A stretch of 41,477 nucleotides of DNA from Octopus bimaculoides. Lineage: Eukaryota. Numbering within the stretch: the first letter of the stretch is position 1; the number at the start of each line of letters is the position of its first letter. Of this stretch, positions 10,406 to 21,349 are shown one piece after another. The stretch is from assembly GCF_001194135.2 (NCBI RefSeq), contig NC_068987.1:2761806-2803282 (forward strand), in the 5' to 3' direction. Both the position numbers and the translations under genes were made by a program. The notes beneath the pieces are model-generated. The model was given only the letters and a program-made list of their open reading frames with translations. It ran no database searches and was not told the DNA's origin.

Positions 10406-10714
10406 TTAAATACATTGTTTTATCTGATTGACCGAAGCGGGTTGCTGTGGTTTTTGTGAAGTGTTCGTTCTGTAAAGCTCTGACTGGGTTTGCAGTTGGT
10501 GGCGCAGCAAAAATTCCATCACTAAAGCACCATAGACAACCACTGGGCAGCTTTGCATAAAGAGGGCAGGACAGTGGGTTGCTGTTAGAGCCTGGACATG
10601 ATCAAGTGCAGCTGGGTCAAAGAGGTGAGAGGGTCTGCTGCTGAAAGTCCCAAAACCTCCTAAGGCCCTGGAAACGTCACAGATGATGCATCTCAGAAAA
10701 TGTGCGAGATCTAT
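10406..10714 (-). CDS. Candidate coding exon of an unidentified gene
   Basis: 103-codon frame IDLAHFLRCIICDVSRALGGFGTF...QLQTQSELYRTN...KQCI* in non-repetitive, GC-richer DNA. Acceptor ACTAATTTTATTATTCCAAG; ATTAAA about 25 nt after the stop. No homolog recognised. Confidence 0.35.
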   Translation of the reverse strand: MDLAHFLRCIICDVSRALGGFGTFSSRPSHLFDPAALDHVQALTATHCPALFMQSCPVVVYGALVMEFLLRHQLQTQSELYRTNTSQKPQQPASVNQIKQCI

Positions 10715-11098
10715 CTTGGAATAATAAAATTAGTAATAGTGGGTTTATAAGTAGTGTCTCCATGAACAGTTAAAGAAGGGGACCCAGTCACAGATGAAAT
10801 CCTAAGAGATCCCTCTTTTTCTGTCTATAAGCATATTATCAATAAAGACACGGAGTTTCCTATATCTGCATCTATACAAATGGTGTGGACTAAATATACA
10901 GCGATACAACCCCCCCACACACACACACACATGTATTATACATGCATGTGTATGTATGTGAGTATATATATATGTCTATTCAGACAAGGTATTTACATCT
11001 GTCTATACAAATAGAATACAATATGTGTGTGTTTGTGTATACATTATATATAAATATATATATGTATGCATGCATGTATACATATATATACATGTATG

Positions 11099-11165
<67 letters not shown>

Positions 11166-11212
11166 NNNNNNNNNNNNNNNNNNNNNNNNNNNNNNNNNNN
11201 NNNNNNNNNNNN

Positions 11213-11274
<62 letters not shown>

Positions 11275-11619
11275 GTATGTAGGTATGTACGTTTGTATGT
11301 ATGTATGAGAAAAAGAGAGACAGGTGTGTAATTAAATGTTTGAAGACACTACATGAGTTGGAAGAGAACCAGGAATGGTAAAAGACAGCCGCCATGTTTG
11401 AATACCAAAAGAATGAGGAACAACAACAACAGCAACAGAAATAAGGGAATCAATTGGAAACAGACGAAACTATTTGGCCCACTGTATATCAGACTATTCC
11501 ACACACACAAGACTTTATTTTCCTAATTCCACCCCACATACCCCTATGCCAACCACTACAACCACTGCCAATGCTACAACAATCAATCAAACCAAAATTA
11601 AGGCCTCTTCATGCTCTTT

Positions 11620-11812
11620 TGGTTTGCTAGAAAATACTGCCAAATCTTCCTCAAATTACAATCTAACATTTAAAAAAAAGGAGGACAATAAATAATGTAA
11701 TGTTAGATTAGCCTTTCTCTAAAGCCTAGATGGTTGGGATGGTCAGTGTTGGAAAGGCTTTAATCAAAGCCCTGAATATTTATTGGTGACCTTGAGCTAA
11801 ACAACAATGACT
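11620..11812 (+). mobile_element. Interspersed repeat family F
   Basis: GCTAGAAAATACTGCCAAATCTTCCTCAAAT...GACCTTGAGCTAAACAACAA. Confidence 0.6.
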
Positions 11813-11989
11813 ACCAATATGTCTCTTTATCCATCAGCAAACTCCTTGTTTTTCTTCAAAATAATTAACCCATAGTGTGCCCTATATATAACACTCTGGT
11901 GCACTATATGCTTCCCTAATGAGGTCATAATAAGACTGAAATATGTCTGTAGTTATCTCCCTTGTGTTAGCATTACCTTAGTCTGTTTA

Positions 11990-12125
11990 TCAATTTATCA
12001 ATCTATCTATCCATCCATCTACCTACCTATCCAACTTATTTATTAACATATCTATCTATCTACCAACAAGCATATCTACCTGTCTATCTATCTGTCTATT
12101 TACTTACTAATCCATCTAACTAAGC
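11990..12125. repeat. Degenerate (ATCT)n microsatellite
   Basis: Direct. Confidence 0.85.
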
Positions 12126-12764
12126 ATTTACCAATCTACCAAGGTGCTTGTGCTTGTGGTGGTGGTGGTGGTGTGAAATATTAATTTTTCTTGGTGTGTC
12201 AATTTGTCAGTTGAACAGAAAAAGTAGCAGTAGTAGTAGTAGTAATAGTGGTGGTGGTGGTGGCGGCAGTGATAGTGGAAAGAAGGTGCTTTCAGGAGAG
12301 CAGACAATGTGAAGGGTGGGGTTAGGGGTGGGTGAATGTTTCAGTATTGAAATTCCCCTCCCCACACCACTGACAGGTCAACATAAACACATCAATGGTG
12401 ACTGAACAGAAATGAACCTCACTTCCCACGCCGCCAGCACCATACTCTTCACAACTGTTTAATACACACACACACAGTGTCAGTCACTAGCACAACCCAC
12501 ACTTACATATACAAATATACATATTATATATATAAATATATATATATACACACACACACATATATATATAGGTATGTTGGTGCAAACAGGAAACATAGAA
12601 ATCAAAATAGGAGTATATGCAGATTTTTATTAATATTTCACAGAGGTAACAGAGTGACTCAAGGGCCAAGAGTTTCATGCATTGGCACTTATCAGGCAAG
12701 CTTGATGAGTGCCATCGCACAGAACTCTCAAACCTTAAGTCACTATAGTCTTTGTTGCTGCTAA

Positions 12765-12902
12765 TAACAGCTGAGTGAATTGGAGCAACGTGAAATAAAG
12801 TGTCTTGCTCAAGAAAACAACACACAGCCTGGTCCGGGATTCGAACTCACAACCTCACGATCCTAAGCTTAATGCTCTAAGCACTGAGCCATGTGCCTTC
12901 AC
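12765..12902 (-). mobile_element. SINE family C/G, head and central motif
   Basis: CAGCTGAGTGAATTGGAGCAACGTGAAATAAAGTGTCTTGCTCAAG...GGGATTCGAACTC...GAGCCATGTGCCTTCAC. Confidence 0.85.
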
Positions 12903-13566
12903 AAAATCTAAATAAGTAGGTGATATAATATTTGGAATGAAGTTGGATAAATGAGGATAAATTAGGATCCCTAGGGGAGAAGAAGGAATCAGAATTTTGC
13001 TGCCTGTTTACAAGATGTCTTGTAATAGTTGTTATATGGAAGGTCAAAGAGTGGTGAGTGGTTTCATGATAAAAAAAACTGTTAACACTTGCTTTGGTCT
13101 GGCATTCATCAGCCAAAAATTAACACTTCCATACAACTTCAGCAGCAGCAAAAAGAAGGAGCTGTCTATTAAGAGAGAGACACACTTACAAAAGGTTAAT
13201 AATTTCGTAACCAACAGATAAGGCTTCAGCTTAAAGTTAACCTTTCACCTTCACAGCTGTCCCCGCCACACCCACCATCACTCTATGGCAGCAGTGTGGG
13301 GGGAGGGGGAAATTATATAATTTGTTTTCTTTTTTTTTCGTTTTCACTGAAAGACACTTAAAATTCTTGCATATCCAAAACATGAAACAGGCCAATGGTT
13401 AGGGTTGGGGGTTCAATATTTTGTTAAATTTCTTGTCCCTGCCTCTCCATGATGTTCCAACATAAACGAAAACATTCAATGCCATTGTTTGATCTGCTAG
13501 ACATAACAGAGATTGCAAAGACCACATTTGGAATGACACGCTACCTAGATTATAGAGTCATCTTTT

Positions 13567-13835
13567 ACCTTTCGCTTGTCTCAGTCATTAGACTGCAGCC
13601 ATGCTGGAGCACCGCCTTAAAAGGTTTTAGTCGAAGAAATCAACCCCAGGACTTATTATTCTATTTTAAAACCTGGGACTTATTTTATCGTTCTCTTTTA
13701 CTGAACTGCTAAGTTACAGGGATGTAAACACACCAACACCAATTGTCAACTGATGGTGGGAGATAGACACTGGCACAAACACACACACATACGATGGGCT
13801 TCTTTCAGTTTCTGTCTGCTCGATCTACTCACAAA
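13567..13835 (-). mobile_element. SINE family B, 3' two-thirds
   Basis: Family B tail and body to GATGGGCTTCTTTCAGTTTCTGTCT. Confidence 0.85.
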
Positions 13836-14476
13836 GACCACCTCACGTGTAGTGTGCTCTTCGTCATTTATAGGATGAGATTTAAGGAAGACATGGTTGG
13901 CCTTTTAGCAGGAAGTGTGCAAGCATATAGGTTCCATTGTTGGTGTAACGTAGTGAAATGCACCACCTCATGGTGCCTATTAGTAGCTAAGAAATCTGTT
14001 GGCATTTATGGGTCTGCGATATCACAACCACCACCAACGCCACCGTCATTACAACACCACCACTTTTACCATCAATATCATTATCATCATCATCATCATC
14101 AACAACATTAGGAAAAGCAGCAACAATACAATTAAAATCAATATCAAATAACCCACACATTTCAGGTGGTGGTGGTGGTGGTGGTGGTGGTAGAGGGAGG
14201 GGTTAACCTCAGTATTTTTTTTTATTCCCCCTTATTTATACACCTGCTTGAGTAGCACAGCTGTGGTTCACAACAATAACAACAACAACAATCCCAGCTG
14301 GTACGTTGTTGATTAGGGAAAAGCGAACAAGCAAAGTTGCAAGTTGGCGATGGGAACAGTGGGGTTACTTGAAATAGTAAGTGACCTTGAAATGTCAAAA
14401 GTCAACATTAAGTTAACCCTCAACCAAGAGCTGAAGGAACATGAGAAAGGAAGTGGGGAGGGCTGGGGCAGGCTCT

Positions 14477-14685
14477 ATCATCATCATCATCATCATCATC
14501 ATTTAACGTCCGTTTTTCCATGCTGGCATGGGTTGGATGGTTTGACTGAGGACTGGAGAACCAGTGGCTGCACCAGGCTCCAGTCCGACTGGCTCCCGTG
14601 CCGGTGATACATAAAAAGCACCCAGTACACTCTAGGAGTGGTTGGCATTAGGAAGGGCATCCAGCTGTAGAAACAATACCAGATC
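14477..14685 (-). mobile_element. SINE family A with 5' inversion
   Basis: 14477-14585 is the 3' part on the minus strand; 14587-14685 is the immediately upstream part on the plus strand (compare the uninverted copy at 205-491). Confidence 0.8.
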
Positions 14686-15499
14686 TTTTTTTTTTCTTTT
14701 TTTTACTACAATACAATATCTTCCATGACCCCTTTATTTACCATCTGGCCCTATTGTGCTAAATAATAATGATTTAAAACTGAAATCTAGGGAGCCAGAA
14801 ATCTGGTGGGGGAGAGTTAATTATATGAGCCCCAGGGTCTTTATCAGCCCCGGAATGGTGAAACACAACACTAACCTGAGCAGGATTTGAACTGATAATC
14901 TAAAGATAAATACCACAAAGCATTGTAGCCACTGCTCTACTGACTCAACCACATGCTACTATCACCACCACCACCACCACCACCACTACTGCCGCCTCCA
15001 CAACCACTATCATCACCACCACCACCATCACCATCACCACGATTACAGCAGCTGACACAAACATCAAAAATTATTGATGTTTTTAATGCATGTGAATCAC
15101 TTAAAAGGATTATAGTATTGGTAGTGGTAGTGGTGTTGATTTACATTTGAATGGAATGAATGGTAACAACAACAGAAACAACAACAATAACATCCCCCCC
15201 TCCCATCAATCATACATCTACACCATCACCCCCACCATCCACATGTGAGTGGACAGATGGACAGAGAGGGTAGAGTGTGTCCAGAGGGGTTATGACCCTG
15301 CAGTCCAGTCCTCAGACACATCTAGGAAGATGGAGCTGTGGGCTGTGCCTCATCCTTCAACCAATAACTGCCTGCATTTGACAGAAATGACCACGACTGG
15401 CCTGGGGTTATAAAACATAGAAACACAATGGACAACACCAATGCTACTTACAAGAAGACCAATGTTATTACAAAAATATGAGCTACACCATCAACAACA

Positions 15500-15655
15500 C
15501 TAAAGGCACAAGGCTTGAAATTTGGGGGGAGGGAGGGAGGGAGTAGGTCAGTTACGCTGACCGCAGTATTTAACTGGTACTTATCTCATTAACCCTGGAA
15601 GAATGGCAAAGTTGATCTTGGCACAATTTGAACTCAGAACATAAAAACAGATGAA
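15500..15655 (-). mobile_element. SINE family D fragment
   Basis: AACTGGTACTTAT...ATTTGAACTCAGAACATAAA shared with 15886-16265 and 38318-38700. Confidence 0.75.
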
Positions 15656-15656
15656 A

Positions 15657-15845
15657 TAGGCGCAGGAGTGGTTGTGTGGTAAGTAGCTTGCTTACCAACC
15701 ACATGGTTCCAGGTTCAGTCCCACTGTGTGGCACCTTGGGCAAGTGTCTTCTACTACAGCCTTGGGCCAACCAAAGCTTGTGAATGGATTTGGTAGATGG
15801 AAACTGAAAGAAGCCCGTCGTATAAATACATGTATGTGTGTGTGC
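15657..15845 (+). mobile_element. SINE family B, 5' half
   Basis: GTGGTTGTGTGGTAAGTAGCTTGCTTACCAACCACATGGTTCCAGGTTCAGTCCC...GAAAGAAGCCCGTCG. Confidence 0.88.
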
Positions 15846-15885
15846 TAACAATTCTTAATAATAATAATAACGATGATGATGATGG

Positions 15886-16265
15886 TTTCAAATTTTTCCA
15901 CAAGGGCAGCAGTTTGGGAGGGGTGGAAGGTGACAAGTCAATTACATCGACCCAGTATTCAACTGGTACTTATTTAATCGACCCCGAAAGGATGGAAGGT
16001 AAAGTCGACCTCAGTGGAATTTGAACTCAGAACATAAAGACAGGTGAAATACTGCTAAGCACTTCGCCTGGCAATGCTAGCGATTCTGCCAGGCAATTTC
16101 AAGAAAGGGGGTAAGTCACTTACACTGACCCCAATACGCAACTGGTACTTGTTTTATTGACTCCAAATGGATGAGAGGCAAAGTTGACCTCGGAAGAATT
16201 TGAACTCAGAGTGCTTAGCAGCATTCTGTCCAGCATGCTAACGAGTCTGCCAACTCGCTGCCTTA
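15886..16265 (-). mobile_element. Two tandem SINE family D copies
   Basis: Two successive ACTGGTACTT...GTCGACCTC...TTTGAACTCAG units (about 15886-16095 and 16100-16265). Confidence 0.85.
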
Positions 16266-16880
16266 CCACCACCACCACCACCACCATTATTCAATGTGAC
16301 CTTTCCTTTATTTAGATGGTGAGATGTGGTTTTATTTCTAGCATGTTTAGAGACCACACAGAGGCTGTCTCTGACTCAGGGTCATAGAACAGGGGTTTTG
16401 TTTACAGACGGTGGTGATGGTAGCGTAATGCTGTAGTGGTGGCAGTAGTAGTAGTAGTAATAGTTGTGTGGTGGTGGTGGTGGTGGTGCAGAGGAGTATT
16501 GTAATAGTGGTAATGATGCCGTAGCTGTAGTGGTGGCAGTATGACAGTTAAGGTGGTAGTATCAGTGGTATGATAGTACCAGTGGTATAGGTGGCAGCAG
16601 TGTCAGTGGTATAGGTAGTGTAAAAACCAGCAAACGTATAATTGTGGCGGAATTTAAGATCTGACATTTTTTGCTGAGAGGAAGTTGTTGACTCTTTTGG
16701 TGAAACAGCAATTATCCCTACTACTACTACTACTACTACTGAGTGACTGACTACCACCACCACCACCACAACTACTGAGTGACTGACTACCACCACCACC
16801 ACTATTACTACTACAGAAAAGAATGGAAACAGATTCGAATCAAAGCCAATGTGTTTCACCTTATATAATTATTATTATTC

Positions 16881-16954
16881 TGGTCACTGCCTAGAATCGA
16901 ACTTGGAATCTTGGGGCTAGTAGCCTGTGCTCTTAACCACTACGCCATATGCCC
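16881..16954 (-). ncRNA. tRNA-like Pol III cassette (left inverted arm; not a functional tRNA)
   Basis: Reverse reads GGGCATATGGCGTAGTGGTTAAGAGCACAGGCTACTAGCCCCAAGATTCCAAGTTCGATTCTAGGCAGTGACCA, with A and B boxes; acceptor stem not formed. Confidence 0.7.
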
Positions 16955-17036
16955 ATGGGCAATTATGGAGTGAATTTTAGGGCTGAATTTTATGGAGTGA
17001 ATTTATATGGAATTTTGTGGAGTGAATTTTGTTCAT

Positions 17037-17147
17037 ATGAAGAAAAGAAGAGAGGATGAAACCGATAAACTGTCCACAGTCTGTCTACCCTATGTGAAAG
17101 GCCTCTCCGAAAAGATACAAAAGATATGCGGCCCATATGACATCAGG
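17037..17147 (+). pseudogene. PLE polyprotein fragment (RT-endonuclease linker)
   Basis: KKRREDETDKLSTVCLPYVKGLSEKIQKICGPYDIR matches the PLE LPYV.G.SE.I.RI motif; runs into an N-gap. Confidence 0.8.
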
Positions 17148-17464
17148 NNNNNNNNNNNNNNNNNNNNNNNNNNNNNNNNNNNNNNNNNNNNNNNNNNNNN
17201 NNNNNNNNNNNNNNNNNNNNNNNNNNNNNNNNNNNNNNNNNNNNNNNNNNNNNNNNNNNNNNNNNNNNNNNNNNNNNNNNNNNNNNNNNNNNNNNNNNNN
17301 NNNNNNNNNNNNNNNNNNNNNNNNNNNNNNNNNNNNNNNNNNNNNNNNNNNNNNNNNNNNNNNNNNNNNNNNNNNNNNNNNNNNNNNNNNNNNNNNNNNN
17401 NNNNNNNNNNNNNNNNNNNNNNNNNNNNNNNNNNNNNNNNNNNNNNNNNNNNNNNNNNNNNNNN

Positions 17465-17728
17465 AAAGCTGTGACACAGGAAGATATTGATAAATCGGGT
17501 ATAGCTGATAATGCATGGGAAAATGGAGGCCACCTCCCCCTGTGGGATGAAGTTAAAATAATAGACAGAGAACACCAGTGGAAAATATGAAAACTAAAAG
17601 AAGCAGTACATATGCCAGGACACAACAACCTCCTAAGCAGACTGAGTGCAGATATGAATAGCATATGGGAACCGGTATTAAGGAAGGATAGGAAAATATT
17701 AGATTTATTAGCCCTAAAATTAATCTAA
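17465..17728 (+). pseudogene. PLE GIY-YIG endonuclease C-terminus
   Basis: KAVTQEDIDKSGIADNAWENGGHLPLWDEVKIIDREHQWKI*KLKEAVHM...IWEPVL matches PLE S.IA.H...H...WD.V.I.D.E..W..R..KEA.H; one in-frame TGA, probably from CGA. Confidence 0.85.
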
Positions 17729-17738
17729 AATTGCCCAC

Positions 17739-17812
17739 GGGCATATGGTGTAGTGGTTAAGAGCACAGGCTACTAACCCCAAGATTCCGAGTTCGATTCC
17801 AGGCAGTAACCA
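17739..17812 (+). ncRNA. tRNA-like Pol III cassette (right arm)
   Basis: A box TGGTGTAGTGG (17746-17756), anticodon-like loop CTACTAA, B box GAGTTCGATTCC (17789-17800); begins about 10 nt after the PLE stop codon. Confidence 0.7.
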
Positions 17813-18119
17813 GGATAATAATAATAATAATAACAACAACATCGAATTGAGAAATTTCCCCAAGACACCTGATGAAGAAAAGAAGAGGTGGAAAGTGTTT
17901 ATAAGCCATTTAAGAAACACACAAAAACTGTTAGATTCACTTCAATATTTAAATTTAATTTGCCAAAATATTTTCATTGCTTTGAAACCGCGACCCGTTC
18001 ACATCACAAAATTCCATGCTGCATCTCAATATGTTTTATAATAACAAAACCTGAGAAATTCTTCCCCACAAAAGATATCAAAATTTAAGGAGACACCATT
18101 GGAAACAATTTACCCTTTC

Positions 18120-18178
18120 ATCATCATCATCATCATCATTTAACGTCCGCTTTCCATGCTAGCATGGGTTGGACAAGC
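18120..18178 (-). mobile_element. SINE family A 3' tail
   Basis: (CAT)n-TTTAACGTCCGCTTTCCATGCTAGCATGGGTTGGAC. Confidence 0.8.
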
Positions 18179-18428
18179 TTTCACTACCATATTTCAGTGG
18201 AAATACACTGCTTTTGTTTCAAATAATTTTGAAAATTATGACGAATTTATAAAATAACTTTTGTCATTATTAAGCTGGCATTTGGGAATATAAATTAAGA
18301 TGAAAATTTGATAGAAGCTTTTAATTTCGTAAACTTTGATCTTTTTGTTATCAGATTTCTTGTGAAATAGACTTTCTTTCAATTTTGAAAATAAGGAAAA
18401 ATTTAGTAAAATAACAGTCATCCGTAAA

Positions 18429-18608
18429 ACCTTTTGTTACCAACCCAGCTGAAACCAGTTCTGGCTCTGTTGTACAAATGTCTTGTTTTCATAAGTTTTG
18501 AATTAAAATCTTCCACCAAACTAAGTTATTTTACTAAATTCTTTGTTATATTTAAAGTTAATTGAAAGAAACCCAGAGCATCTCAACAGAAATAGGGTAA
18601 CAAAAGGG
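18429..18608. mobile_element. piggyBac-type MITE within a cluster of partial copies (about 18176-18720)
   Basis: TIRs ACCTTTTGTTACC and GGTAACAAAAGGG (12/13 match), right end followed by TTAA; flanking partial copies share TTTTGATGGAAG/TTTAATT motifs. Confidence 0.65.
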
Positions 18609-18862
18609 TTAATCTGGGTTTGGAACTTAAATTAACATCAAGTTTTGATGGAAGATTTTAATTCAGGAAGTTTGTAAAACAGGAAGTTTGTAACCTAAAA
18701 CAGGAGCAGTCTCAAAGCGATTCTACACCAAAATAAAAACTCATTAAACATTAGATTTAGTTTCTTTCTTGAAGCCTAGTCATTTAAAGTATCCATCAAT
18801 GGGTGTCTAATTTGCTCTATCACCTCACAATGACAAGTGTCGTGGTGATGTTAATGCCTTAC

Positions 18863-18959
18863 CAGTGAACCAAGAGAATTCCATTAACTACAATCAAGAA
18901 TTGAAACTGGGTCACACGGTTTACCATGGTAGCACTGACATTGACTTCCGCTACGTAAC
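18863..18959 (-). CDS. Candidate internal exon
   Basis: Acceptor TTCTTTGAAAG and donor TG|GTAAGG; frame YVAEVNVSATMVNRVTQFQFLIVVNGILLVH. The in-register plus frame is also open, so the strand is uncertain. Confidence 0.3.
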
Positions 18960-19304
18960 CTTTCAAAGAACTTATCAGACAAGGTTAGGAAATGGAAATG
19001 CCAAGTGAGAATTATTCTATGTATATATATGGGGGTGGGGGAGGAGTTTCCCACCCCTCTCCCTGAGGTGTGTGCCACCAGAATCTGGGGCCAACTACCA
19101 CACAAGATGACAGCCTTTATGTGGTAATTTAACCTGCTAGAAATAGCAGCAATGCTGTTGCATGAAAGGTAGACACAGTCACATATGACGAAAATTTTTC
19201 ATGGCTAAGGAATAAATTACCAACACTGGAAGAGAAAGATTACCACCATAGAAAAGTGACCACCACAAAAGGAAAGTGTGTGTGTGTGTATATATATTCT
19301 TTTA

Positions 19305-19498
19305 ATTCTTTTAATTGTTTCAGTCATTTGACTGTGGTCATGCTGGAGCACCACCTTTGGTTGAACAAATCAACTCCGTAAGCCTCGTACTTATTTTATC
19401 GCTCTCTTTTTGCCGAGCCACTAAGTTATGGGGACATAAACACACCAACATCGGTTGTCAAGTGATGGTGGAGGGGGGGGGGAGGCAAACACAGACAC
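19305..19498 (-). mobile_element. SINE family B, 3' part ending at a gap
   Basis: TTGTTTCAGTCATTTGACTGTGGTCATGCTGGAGCACC...AAACACAGACAC. Confidence 0.85.
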
Positions 19499-20489
19499 NN
19501 NNNNNNNNNNNNNNNNNNNNNNNNNNNNNNNNNNNNNNNNNNNNNNNNNNNNNNNNNNNNNNNNNNNNNNNNNNNNNNNNNNNNNNNNNNNNNNNNNNNN
19601 NNNNNNNNNNNNNNNNNNNNNNNNNNNNNNNNNNNNNNNNNNNNNNNNNNNNNNNNNNNNNNNNNNNNNNNNNNNNNNNNNNNNNNNNNNNNNNNNNNNN
19701 NNNNNNNNNNNNNNNNNNNNNNNNNNNNNNNNNNNNNNNNNNNNNNNNNNNNNNNNNNNNNNNNNNNNNNNNNNNNNNNNNNNNNNNNNNNNNNNNNNNN
19801 NNNNNNNNNNNNNNNNNNNNNNNNNNNNNNNNNNNNNNNNNNNNNNNNNNNNNNNNNNNNNNNNNNNNNNNNNNNNNNNNNNNNNNNNNNNNNNNNNNNN
19901 NNNNNNNNNNNNNNNNNNNNNNNNNNNNNNNNNNNNNNNNNNNNNNNNNNNNNNNNNNNNNNNNNNNNNNNNNNNNNNNNNNNNNNNNNNNNNNNNNNNN
20001 NNNNNNNNNNNNNNNNNNNNNNNNNNNNNNNNNNNNNNNNNNNNNNNNNNNNNNNNNTATACATATATTTCTGTTTAGTTATATATTATAAAACAGTATC
20101 AAACATTAATTGAAGGATCATTCAACAATAATTTTAGTTAATGTAAGGCAACATGGTTAGAGTATAGTAAGAGAAGAGTGCAACAGCATTAGTACAAGAG
20201 GTAAAGAAGGGGAGGGGGTGAAATAAATTGAACAAATAAAACAAGATAAACTACAATAAAAAGTCATAAGAGTGGGAGGAGGTAGGAGGAGGTTTCTTTT
20301 CATGGTAGATTTAAGGATATAAAAGTTTTGAAGGTTTATGGATTAAGAATATATAAAAGGTTTATTGGTATGGAAGTAGATAGGTAGATATAAATAAGCA
20401 AGTAGACTGACAGAAGGGCGGGTAGACAGACAGACAGATAGATAGATTGATCGATCACTAGGCAGATTGATAGACAGACAGAGTTAATG

Positions 20490-21215
20490 ACTGAATGCCA
20501 ATCTGTTGAGAGGGGCCCTTCTGTACCTGCATCCCAGAATGTCTGAGTGCATAACAGCAGCAGTACTGTCCCAAATGTGGGAACACTACATTATTGTGGC
20601 CCTCACTTCAGCTTTGTAGATTGTCAGCAACTGTAGGGGATTGAATTATTCTCTAGCCCTGAAGAGACAGCCTAATCTTTGGCATGTGGTCCTAGATATG
20701 ATAAGGATGTATTTTAGCCGAGAGAGATACTCAACGATAGTGAGGGCCAGCATTCAGCATGACTGAGGGTTTTAGCTGAGTGCTACTCATGTTTAGGGAG
20801 GGTACGTGCAATTGTGTTTTCGTGATATGAGAACTGGAGCCTTTTGTTTTTAAAAGAGACAAGGTTGGAGTGGCCCCTCAAAAAGATGTGCTTTTGGTCT
20901 CCATTTATTGGAACTGATGCAGGTTTGGCACGTGGTGTCTAGATTTCTTGTTGATGGTGCATGTGTGGGGAAGGTTTGGGAGGAATGACACATCATGTCT
21001 TCTACATTAAAGTGGATGTTGTTAGGTGTGGCAGCAAATACGTTATTGATGTATGGAAGGTAAAGAGTAGGGGACAGAAACAAACCCTGTTGATCAAGTG
21101 TGGGGTAAAAAGAGGTCCAACAACATGTTGCAGCGGTGCAATCAGATCAGAAGCTATCAGTCCAAGGTATTAGAGATGGGTGGAGCTCATGAATGGGAAA
21201 TTTGGGTGGAAATGA
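20490..21215 (-). pseudogene. CR1/L2-group LINE reverse-transcriptase fragment
   Basis: KFPIHELHPSLIPWTDSF; FLSPTLYLPYINNVFAATPNNIHFNVEDM (compare SVLSPTLFLLYINDL...HSFADD); RLGCLFRARE*FNPLQLLTIYKAEVRATIM*CSHIW. Several stops and frameshifts. Confidence 0.85.
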
Positions 21216-21349
21216 AAGTATAATAAAGTAACAATGGCATCAAAACATTTTTTTTTAAATAGTTATACAAAATTGAGTATAAAAATATAAATATATAATT
21301 AAGCTGAAAAACAGGAAAGCAAAAGCTCATAGTAATTCTTCATGGATAG

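Larger units (their letters stand above)
16866..17880 (+). mobile_element. Penelope-like element (family P3) with inverted tRNA-like terminal repeats and truncated HHR
   Basis: Inverted arms 16866-16985 and 17709-17830 flank PLE ORF fragments. The right arm continues (AAT)n-ACATCGAA...CCCCAAGACACCTGATGAAG, as in 28682-28937. Confidence 0.75.

Noticed and set aside
11330-11460. CAAACATGGCGGC start/YY1-like motif on the minus strand
   Set aside because: Lies in CpG-poor DNA and its ORF runs into microsatellite; a possible internal exon here is unsupported.
16962-17035. Short ATGGAGTGAATTT repeats resembling a CRISPR-like array
   Set aside because: No unique spacers; slippage expansion of the PLE terminal-repeat spacer in a eukaryotic genome.
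4170-17812. tRNA-like sequences as genuine tRNA genes
   Set aside because: They lack proper acceptor stems and are fused to repeat bodies; they are SINE or PLE heads.
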